46,105 nucleotides of DNA, taken from Thermodesulfobacteriota bacterium. Its GTDB lineage: Bacteria; Desulfobacterota_D; UBA1144; Nemesobacterales; JAJCZQ01. A program made the translations under genes and the position numbers. Location of the stretch: assembly GCA_965203965.1 (NCBI GenBank), contig CBDBDR010000012.1:1-46105 (forward strand), read 5' to 3'. This document shows, one piece after another, positions 1 to 21,239 of this stretch. The notes below the pieces were generated by a model. That model saw only the letters and a program-made list of their open reading frames with translations, was not told the DNA's origin and did no database searches. Numbering within the stretch: position 1 is the first letter of the stretch; each line of letters opens with the position of its first letter.

Positions 1-3917
<3,917 letters not shown>

Positions 3918-4052
3918 CTCTAATGTACTTCATGAAGAACTGGAAGCTCAAATTTTTTTATTTATGAAATTCAATTTATTGCTAATAAATTCTATCACAG
4001 GAATTTGTATTGTTGACTTGGAAGGGGAATGAGTAAAATAGAAGTGAGGTTG

Positions 4053-9445
<5,393 letters not shown>

Positions 9446-9583
9446 TTCAATCTTGTTAGCGCCGTTTCAACGCCAGCCACGCCTCTACGTCTGGTGCGCA
9501 TCAATTGGAAAAACATTGTTGCGCTTTAAATAGAATGAAATTACAGCAACAGCACTCGTATCTCGCGCTGGGTAGCTGCTAAA
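9446..9583. promoter_or_regulatory. Putative bidirectional promoter between WD40 gene and AMPK beta
   Basis: 138 bp between divergent ATGs (9445 minus, 9584 plus); CpG-rich. Confidence 0.55.
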
Positions 9584-11384
<1,801 letters not shown>

Positions 11385-11599
11385 CTATTCAATAACACAA
11401 TATATCACTGTCACCTACATGTAGTCTACCTCTGCTCTCTCTCTCTCTCTGTGCTCTATGATACAAATTTATCACAAGCAGCTAGCTGCTCCAAAATTTA
11501 ATGTCATTTTGGGGAAATTTTGTACTTTTAGGTGTGGTCTACGTTAATAACCGTTAACCCACGCCTTCGATTATTTTTTTGCAGACCAGCAAATCAGCA

Positions 11600-13247
11600 A
11601 TGGCTGTCGTGGCGATTGTGCTTCTCTGCTTGCTTACCGTGTGCAGCGCCTCGCAGCCGTCTCTACAGGCTTACGATGTCCATAACCAGCTACTAGGGAC
11701 CTTGCAGAACAACACGTACGCCAAGTATTCTCTCAGCGAGCTGTTCTTCCCACGAAATGGCAGTAGCCCTGTGTGTGTTCCCATCCGCTACAACCTGACT
11801 TGTGAAAACGAGGCCGAGTACAACGTGTCCTACCTATGGACAATGTACGACACTGAGTCGTTCGCGGGGCAGATGCTGCTCAGTTCAGCTTACTTTGGCT
11901 TTACTCTCTGGGGGTTCAACTACTGGCAGCAGCAGTGTAGCTTCGACCACTTAGATACAACTGAAATTAGCTTGGTAGTGGAAGGGATAGATTGCAACGA
12001 GTCAGAAGATATCCTGCTGGCAGAACTGAAAGTTCTAACTTCAGCTGTAAGTCACTGTTCCTTCTTGTCTATTTATTGTTCCTTCCTCCTCTCTGTAGTT
12101 GAAGGGGTATGTCAGCCAGGGTGATGTTACTACAGTAACTGGTCCTACCCTTACCACATATAGGGCCTATGCTATAAAATGGATTAGCACTGATGACCTC
12201 GCCTTCCGTACTGGCTTGACCATCCTGATTCTTTTAGTTGTTGTACTCAACGTGTTTATCTTCTTCTTGTCTCTCGGAACAAGCGAAACTGTCTACGATG
12301 CTGTGTTTAAGAATATTCGACACAAACGCAATCCTTACTACCCAATATTCTGGTCCGTGGTTATCCTGTCCATTGGTTGGAACATCTGGCCGGGCTGGGC
12401 GGTATTGACCATCAACGTTAGCGGTCTGCATTATTTCATACCCACCATTGTGTTCCTGCAGTTCTTCACGGCTCTTGTGATGAGGAAATACCTTGAGTTT
12501 CCTATTCCAGGACTACGTTGGAAATCACCGCCACACAAATTCTTCAAGTCAAAGAAACCTGAGCCTTTACCACCGAAATACTTCTTTTGGCAGATCTGTC
12601 AGACTCCTCAAGTTGGTCGCGGGGTCATATCTTTCATAGTGCAGACGGCGGCTGTGTGGAGTCTACTGGTGCTGTTCACTCTGATTGTCTATTATGCTGT
12701 GACGATTGCTGTAGCGTTGTATCTCGATCCAATTCAGACCCTGGTGAAGTTGCTGTTTGTGAAGGCAATCGCTATGTGCGCCATGTTTGCCGTAGCTCTG
12801 CTGTTTGCCTCTAACTCTCTTGAATGGAAGTGCACCCAAAAATCTTGTTATATCAACTTCATAGTCGTCACTCAGTTCCTCTCCGCTCTGACGTTCCTTC
12901 CCGTCCTTGCTTATCTCGCATACATGATAGGCGGAGTCATCTTTGTAGCTAGCTCCACCCAGCTCAGTGGTATACAGGGAGTCCTAGCCATTCTACCATC
13001 TGCTTTCTTGATCATCATTGGTTGGGTCAGCCATGGACAGCTATTCCCAGAGAAGATAGTTCCAACAGACAGCATGGCAGAGGTCAGCAAGGATGTCCAG
13101 GAAGCAGCCAGTCATTCTGAAGACGTTGACGGAGATTCTACAAAGACAGACACTGACCAGCATCCTGGCTATGGGACCATGGACGTGCAGCAAAATGGTA
13201 ATGGGAATGACCAAGATCTACTTTTACCGTCATCTAAAGCTGTCTAG
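11600..13247 (+). CDS. Uncharacterised signal-peptide, Cys-containing ectodomain, ~7-TM protein (~531 aa, 2 exons)
   Basis: Exon 11600-12046 (MAVVAIVLLCLLTVCSA signal peptide, several N-x-S/T sequons, Cys residues), phase-0 intron 12047-12098, exon 12099-13247 with about seven hydrophobic segments and an acidic C-tail. Confidence 0.85.
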
Positions 13248-13345
13248 CAATATAGGTACATTCTGTCACAGTAACACAGGCTACAATTGTTCTCTTCATG
13301 TGATGTATTCCCATTATACTACATGTTTGTATTTTATTATGCTGT

Positions 13346-13891
13346 TTATATTTTGTGTTTGACTTTATCTTCTGGTGCAAGAGGGTTCTCTCCCTTATAA
13401 AACTGCTGTAACAGAGCAATCGCTTCGTCTTCCATAACTCCTGAGGTTATGCGAAGAGGTGGAAGAGGTAGTCTTTCCACTCTGCTATCTGTTTGTGGTG
13501 GATAGAGTTCTATGGTAGCTGCTTGAAGTACTGACCCACAGCCTCCAAATCTGCCATTGCTGCAGCCAAAGATAACTCTAGTCAGTCCAACAGATCTCAG
13601 TGCATAAGTGCACATCACACAGGGCTCAACTGTGACGTAGAGTGTGCATCTGGAACACATGTCTCTCAGATCAACTCCCTTCTTCTTGCTAAGCTCTACA
13701 AGATGGTCAATGATGATCATCTCGGCATGTCTGGTCGCGTTCCTGGTTGCATTCACCTGATTGCAGCCCCTGGCTATGATAGTGGAGCCATCTTCGTCCA
13801 CCACCACGCACCCAACTGGTACTTCTCTCTGGGTGAGTGCTTGCTCCGCCATGCTAAACGCATCTCTCATCAGTTGAGCATTAGTCGTCAT
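13346..13891 (-). CDS. ADAT2: tRNA-specific adenosine deaminase 2 (A34-to-I), intronless
   Basis: EVPVGCVVV, NATRHAE, LYVTVEPCVMC (HxE...PCxxC zinc motif), FGCSNGRFGGCGSV, FYKGENPLAP; first ATG at 13891. Confidence 0.95.
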   Translation of the reverse strand: MTTNAQLMRDAFSMAEQALTQREVPVGCVVVDEDGSTIIARGCNQVNATRNATRHAEMIIIDHLVELSKKKGVDLRDMCSRCTLYVTVEPCVMCTYALRSVGLTRVIFGCSNGRFGGCGSVLQAATIELYPPQTDSRVERLPLPPLRITSGVMEDEAIALLQQFYKGENPLAPEDKVKHKI

Positions 13892-14130
13892 CTTTGAAGT
13901 GGGAAGCCACGCACGTGTCGTCACCCTTTATTCAGCGTGGTCCGGCCGGCCATTATTCAACGCTATGGCGCAGGCTTGCGCTGCGGGATAAGCCTCAAAC
14001 GAAAAGTTAGTGGATGGCTGCGCATTTGCTGTGATTGGCTGGAGAACGCATCTAGCTAGCAGAGCAGCAAAGCACACGTGGTGTTGTGTCTGTTATCATC
14101 CTGTTGTCCTGGTGCATCTACAAGCAAGGT
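13892..14130. promoter_or_regulatory. Putative bidirectional promoter / non-coding first exon between ADAT2 and the collagen locus
   Basis: CpG-rich stretch between divergent genes, GATTGG (reverse CCAAT) near 14033, CACGTG boxes, possible donor CAAG|GTATCG near 14129. Confidence 0.45.
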
Positions 14131-14342
14131 ATCGTTTGTACTGCCACCATGTGTTACTCGTATAAGATAAACTAGCCTTGTGTTTTGTTTTGACTGCAGT
14201 ATAATAGTGTATTATGCATCTAAGTATACTGAATGTGCAGCCACGTTATTTTTCCATGCAGTGACAGAGTCTGTAACTACTGGTAGTTGTTAACTGGTGC
14301 AGCATTGCAACTAGCTAGCCAGCCACAGAGCTCCAGCTAGCG

Positions 14343-17300
14343 ATGGCTAGTAGCAGCAGCAGCAAGGCACTTGTTGCATCTCTTCTTCTTCTCTCTCATC
14401 AACTCCATATTGCATCCACTTCAGCTATAGGTGAGCTCATTGTCTGCATTATAAGCTAGAGAGTCTGATTTTGAGTGATGTGGGACAGCCTCAAAGGATC
14501 AGTAAATTAGAAAAACTATTGTGGTTTACTATGTGTGGATTGGATAGTGTCACAAAAACATCTGTTCCCACTTGTGTTGGTGATCCTAGCTTTGCCAATT
14601 GAAGCCATTAGGTAGCTATTACCACCTTCATTAAGGCACTGTGGTCTGTGTTTTCTCACAGTGGATATCCTCAGCACAACTGGAGTATCAACCAGTCTCA
14701 CATCTGAGAATGGAACTTTTACGCTAACTATGGACTTCACAGGCGCAACAAGTTCTTCAGCGTGGAGCAACATCAGCAGTCAATTTTCATCTGAGTTTGG
14801 GTTCTTTGCTCACACAGTTCTTGGCGCAGGCCCACGCAATATATTCTCGACTAATTCACCAGATCCGTTTGTAGTATCAATCACAAGTGACAATAGACTG
14901 CAAGTAGACTTGCCTGGAGTTGCTCCTCAACTCTTTGATATTCCCACCGACAATATGCTTCATCGATTGGGTGTTTTTACCAGAAACGGTCAAGATTTGA
15001 TAGTATCTGTAGACTGCAGAGAAGGACAGACACAGCGGTTACCATCCACAATAGGCACTCTAGCAGTAGGAGATACAATAAATGCTGTTGTAGCAGGTCC
15101 CTCAATGGTGAGAGCATCACTGGTAATGTAGAATCTGTCACTTTTTCTCGATTTGCTTCAGGTTAATGAAATGTTACTGAGCGGCGATGCAGCAGTTGCA
15201 CTCCGTAGCTGTGCAGTAAGTACTACACTAGTTATAACTACAGTAACTCAATGTTGTTACGTATATATAGATAATTCAAGGTCCAAAAGGAGAAAGGGTA
15301 CATTGTCTCTTATTTCACCACAAAATTATTACGGACACATTTTATGATAGGGTATGAAAGGTGAATTAGGTGATGCAGGAGCGAGAGGACGTCCTGGAAA
15401 AGATGTAGGCATTCCCTCTCATGTAGTGATGTCTATTTTATTTTTCTTTGTTTTGCAGGGTGTAGATGGGCCTCCTGGCACAGCAGGTGATCCTGGTCTA
15501 CCAGGAATTAATGGTACAGTTGGACGACAAGGACCACCAGTGAGCAACTTGAGTGTGAAGATGAAGAATTGAGACATTAAATTTTTTTGTATAGGGAGAA
15601 AAAGGAATGATTGGTAATTCCGGTCCAGCTGGACCTAATGGAACAATTGGACCAGAGGTGGGAATAGTGTTTTACTAAACTTTCTTACATTACTGGATTG
15701 TCAATAGGGTCCCATTGGGCCCCCAGGGCCTCCTGGTGAGGATGGTACTCAAGGAAGAAAGGGTCCCCCAGGACCACCTGTGAGTGAACCAGTCGGTATG
15801 TTGCTGTCACTCTATAGCATGTGTAGGGTACTAACGGTCTGCCTGGTGCCCCTGGTACCAATGGTACTGATGGACAGAGAGGACCTCCTGGGGCACAGGT
15901 AAGTGACATTAGGTTACACACACTGACTACATTATGAGTCACGGCAGGGTGAACAAGGTGAACAAGGGATGAAGGGTGACTCTGGACGAGCAGGAAAGCC
16001 TGTATGTCACAACGCATGACAACATGGTACGCAGTGTTTGATTGTATTGTATTCTAATGCAGGGAACTGATGGAGAGAAGGGTGAAGTGGGTCCTCCAGG
16101 ACTTCAAGGTGAACAGGGAGAACAAGGCATACAGGTAAGTGATCATTGCTTATCTTGCTCTACTGAATACCATGGTAGGGCGAAGCTGGCCCACCTGGAC
16201 AAAATGGAATGAATGGAACAGATGGTGAGAAAGGAGAGCCTGGTGCTCGAGGACCGCAAGGAGTAAATGGAACAAAAGGAGAGATGGGTGACACTGGACC
16301 TCAGGGTAGTCAAGGAAGAAAAGGACTCCCTGGGCCTCCAGGAATGCAAGGACCAGATGGAATGAAGGGTGATCAAGGACCCAATGGGACAGCTGTGAGT
16401 GCTGTGGTCTGATTGCAGGTGCCCTAGTATGAAGGTCTTCTTTCCAACCAAGGGTCCCATGGGAGAGAAGGGAGAACCAGGTGCCACTGGGCCACAAGGT
16501 ATAGATGGTCCACAAGGAATGGAGGTATGTGTGATCATTTCTCTGGTCTGAGCTGTATTTTATTTGTTTCATTTTCAGGGTGAGAAAGGCCAAAGAGGAG
16601 AGATGGGTCTTTCTGGAGTACCAGGTGTCAATGGATCTGCTGGTGAACCGGTAAGAATACTAGCGGTCTGTGTCAATGGTGATAGCGTTATTGTGTTATT
16701 CCAGGGAATGAGAGGAGAGAAAGGCGAAAAAGGAATGCTAGGAGCAGCTGGTCCTCCTGGATTAAATGTAGTTTGTCTCTCTCTCTGAGTGCATGAATGC
16801 TGTATGATGTTGCTGCAGGGTACAGAGGGTCCCCAAGGACCAGCTGGAAATGATGGTCAAGATGGTGCTGATGGAATGAATGGTGCAATAGTAAGTGTTG
16901 TGAGAGCATTTCTTGCTGTGTTGTTACCGTACATGCACCAGGGTCCACCAGGAGACCGCGGAGAGAAAGGAGACGAAGGTCCTCAAGGCCGTAAAGGATT
17001 CCCTGTCAGTAATTCTGCATAGCTTGCACATTGCTTATTGTTGTTGCTATAGGGTGATAGAGGTATTGATGGTGAGAAAGGCGCTACTGGTGAAAATGGT
17101 AGTCCAGGAGTGCCTGGTCGCAATGTGAGTATCTGGGCGTGTATTGTCTCTGTGCTATCAGCTTGGTGTGTATACAGTAGTAACATTCCATTCATAGCAC
17201 GCATAGCGAGACTGTCTTGAGGTTAAAACCACAATTATTGTAGGGCACTGATGGTAGTGATGGTTTACAGGGAGAGAGAGGAGAACCAGGAAAAGATGGT

Positions 17301-20300
17301 TTGAATGGTACAGCAGGTCCACCGGTTAGTTGGCTCATTTTAGTATCATCAGTCATTCACTTTATGGTTGGTAGGGTTTGCCAGGTGATATGGGGCTCGT
17401 TGGTCCGGTGGGTATGAATGGAACGACGGGTCCTCGAGGACGCACTGGAAAACCAGTGAGTTAGATCGTAGTGCCCATCACATGCAGTGTCTTGCTGGTT
17501 GCTGCAGGGACCATCTGGTATGAAAGGAGAACCTGGGTTGAATGGAACAGCTGGAGAGAGAGGAGAACCAGGAAAAGAGGTGCTTAGTTTGTGAAGTGTG
17601 TCTAGTGTTTGTGGTTTACTGATGTTTTACAGGGTTTAAGAGGACCTCCCGGTCTGAATGGAACACAAGGAATGATGGGAGAGAAGGGAATGAATGTATG
17701 TGTGAACCATGTTGCTATGGCTACAAAGAGTTTATTTGGTTGCCTAGGGAAGTGTTGGTCCATCTGGAGAAAAAGGAGATCAAGGCATGCCAGGCTCACC
17801 AGGAAGCGATGTAATGCATTTGTGATGTTGTTTACAGTGATAGCATAGGTCTTTGATGTTGTGTATAGGGTGATCCAGGTGTGCAAGGTAGAGCTGGCAA
17901 GCCTGGTCCTATGGGGCCTTCTGGGCAGAAGGTAGGATGGTACATCATTCTACCACAATATCCTACTGTTTGTATTAGGGTGAGAATGGTACTGCAGGAG
18001 AAATGGGTACTCCAGGAGCCACAGGCCAACCAGGACCAATGGTGCATTGTGCTATTGTCCCCAATAATGTATGATTATCATGTTACTAACTGCAGGGCAT
18101 GCAAGGTGATCCTGGTGTCCCTGGAAGAAACGGTACACCAGGTCAAATGGGACCGCCTGGAAAGATGGTAATTTTTGACTGCAAATATAACTTCTAGCTT
18201 ATTTACTGTGTTGTGCAGGGTGATGCTGGACCTCCTGGACGTAATGGTTCTGATGGAGCTCCTGGACCACGTGGAGAACCAGGGAAAATGGTTTGCAACA
18301 AGGATATTACTGAGATCATCATGAGAGTGCTGTATGTAGGGAAACCCTGGATTGAATGGAACCGCTGGACCACCTGGAATGGCTGGCCCTCCCGGAACAA
18401 ATGTGAGTAGTAATAGCACTTTGATCAGATCTATCATAACTTCCATTTGTAGGGCAGAAAAGGTCCTCCTGGGCCCATTGGTTTAAAGGGAAATCAAGGA
18501 GATGCAGGTCCTCCTGGTTTTAATGTGAGAACTAATGTAAAAACTGACTCTTATCCACTGCACTGTTTCACAGGGAACTGAAGGCCCTGTAGGACCAGCT
18601 GGACCAAAGGTACTTATCGAAATCACTTCTCTAATACACATCGATTATATTATTTTTGCCCAGGGTTGTCTAGGATTTAATGGTAGTCAAGGTGAACCTG
18701 GTCAGCCAGGACAAAGAGGTCCTCCCGGTGACTTGGTTAGTCTGATTAGTTGTCTCTAATTATGACTTGATTATGTGTTAATTACAGGGTCCAGTAGGAC
18801 CGGCAGGGCCTCCAGGCACTCCGGGAGGACAAGGAAATTCTTCTGGAAATGGAGAAAAGGTGGTTGAGCATAGTGTGTCGACATGTTTTACATATTTTGT
18901 GCTGCAGGGAATGAAAGGAGATGTAGGTAGCAGAGGTCTGCCTGGTAAATCAGGACAACCAGGTATTCCTGGTCAGAGAGGACTGCCAGGAAAACCAGGA
19001 GAGTCTGGTGAAGCGGGAATACCAGGATCAACTGGTTTGTGGTATGAGTGATGTCACTATTGTAGTGCTGTGAACTGCAGGAATACCTGGTAAGATGGGA
19101 GCTGCAGGAGAACCAGGACAGAGAGGGCTGCCTGGAAAAATGGGTCCATCAGGAAGCAGAGGAGTACCAGGAAAGAATGGTGCTCCTGGTTCCGATGGAG
19201 AGAAAGGAGACACTGGAATGGATGTATGCAGTAGTGTGTATCATGGGATATACTGTCACTAATATGCTGCTAATACAGGGTGAACCTGGTAGCAGAGGGC
19301 TTCCTGGGAAACGAGGCATACCTGGAATGGCTGGTTTACCTGGAAAAACAGGTATGGATGGGTTGCCTGGAGCCAGGGGTCTACCGGGAAAGAACGGTGA
19401 ACCTGGAACTAATGGAAGGGCTGGTCTACCTGGAAAAACTGGTGAAACGGGTCAATCTGGTGTTCCTGGCAAAACTGGTTTACCTGGCATACCTGGAAGA
19501 GCAGGACTACCTGGCAAAGGTGTGTGATGAGTACTACAGCAACTCGTTGTACTACAGGCAATTTCTTTCTCAACAGATGGGCCGCCAGGAGGGGATGGTC
19601 CACCAGGTCCTCCAGGCCCTAATGGTACCAAAGGTGATGCTGGCCCTATAGGACCGGAGGGTCCACCAGGAAGAGCTGGACTTCCTGGTAAAATGGGAAC
19701 AAATGGTTCACCAGGTGCAGACGGACAACCAGGCAGCCCAGGATTAAGAGGATCCACAGGAAAACCAGGACTACCAGTGAGCAAGAATTACAAATTAGTT
19801 TTAGTGATCTATATGACTTGATTGTTACAGGGTGATGCTGGTATGAAAGGAAATGATGGTGCACCTGGACCACCTGGAGATGTCATAGGGGTACCTGGTC
19901 TGCCTGGCCCACTTGGTGATACTGGACGCAAGGGTCCACCAGGATTCCAGGGTCAACCAGGAATGCCGGGAGATCCAGGTGTTCCTGGCGTGAGAGGGCC
20001 TAAGGGAGACACTGGAAATGAGGGTAGGTTTACAGGCTGCAGCAAGCGTTTAATAATACTGTTGGTGTGTTTAGGACCAAAGGGTTCCATTGGAAACAAT
20101 GGTACTGCAGGCCCAATGGGATTAAAGGGAAGCAAAGGAGATCCCGGAGGAGAGAAGGGACAGAAAGGAGAGCTTGGCTTACCAGGTTTGTAGGAGAGCT
20201 AATTTTACTCCAGTAATAATTGTGATGATATTCTTAGGACCGAGAGGAGAAATGGGAAATCCTGGACTGAACGGCACTGAAGGAATGCAAGGGGAAAGTG

Positions 20301-20634
20301 GTGAAAAGGGAGATCGAGGTCCAATGGGCAGAAAGGGACAAATGGGTGAAGAAGGTGAAAAAGGAAGTAGCGGTGAAAAGGGAGACACAGGTGCTGATGG
20401 CATGAAGGGAAATGTGGGAGATACTGGAGGCAATGCAGTGGTAGGCAATCCATGTAGAATCGTAGTGAAGTGTGCGCTTGATACGTCATTACTCTTCAGG
20501 TTGTGGACACGTTCGATGAATTACCAAATAATGCAAGTGACGGGCAGTTGGGCTTTGTTGTATCCGATCAGCAGCTTCATGTGTACTTTGGTCCCAGAGG
20601 ATGGCTTAGTGTCAGCCAGAACTGCACATCTGAT
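14343..20634 (+). CDS. Collagen module A: signal peptide, TSPN/LamG-like domain, interrupted Gly-X-Y domain, collagen XV/XVIII-like trimerisation motif
   Basis: Exon 14343-14430 ([18 protein letters not shown]..) then exon from 14662 ([32 protein letters not shown]-like), then dozens of small Gly-X-Y exons with ~50-bp introns (15271-20440), then exon 20500-20634 [38 protein letters not shown]. The 3' end is ambiguous: read-through stop at 20641-20643, terminal exon 20677-20796, or splicing to 21240. Confidence 0.9.
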
Positions 20635-21239
20635 GTAAGCTAGTGGTTTGTTTCGTGTATCATTTCATCTCTTCAGTGTCAGTCCAAGCAGTTTAGTCAA
20701 ATTCGAGATAGTTTCGCATCCATTTTTGATTATAATTTATTATTATTATTGAAAGTAAAATTAAACATTAACTGTATTTCTTGTTTGCTGTGTTGAAGAA
20801 ATTAATATTAATTTTTATCACTGATTAACCGCATTATGAATCCACATCAAAGCAATTTCAATAGACGCCAGACGTGATAACAAGCTTGCGAGGGGCGTTA
20901 CTGTAGCCAGCACCAGTCTCGCCTACCAGGCGTATGCCGAATTGCTCGAGAGAAAGTGTTTCACAACTTTTGTATCACCGGTTGATAAAGAAAACATTGA
21001 CTTGCAGCGGTTCCGATGCCTTTGCTGCATTCAGCTGGCAGCCTTCAACGACCAGCTTGTTTTTTTCAATGCGTCATCGCTGCGTCGTTCTCTGTCGATC
21101 GATGCTTGCCGATCTATGGCTAGCCTCCGTTTTTTTTTTAAACAAAGCTATTTGGAAACGCACAGATAACTAAACTGTGAGAACTAACACTGTTCATGTT
21201 CAACATTTAATTTTCAATTTTTACTTTTGTTCTTTGTAG

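Noticed and set aside
17711..17724. RFX X-box-like GTTGCTATGGCTAC
   Set aside because: Sits in a ~50-bp collagen intron far from the starts of the ciliary genes; no support for function.
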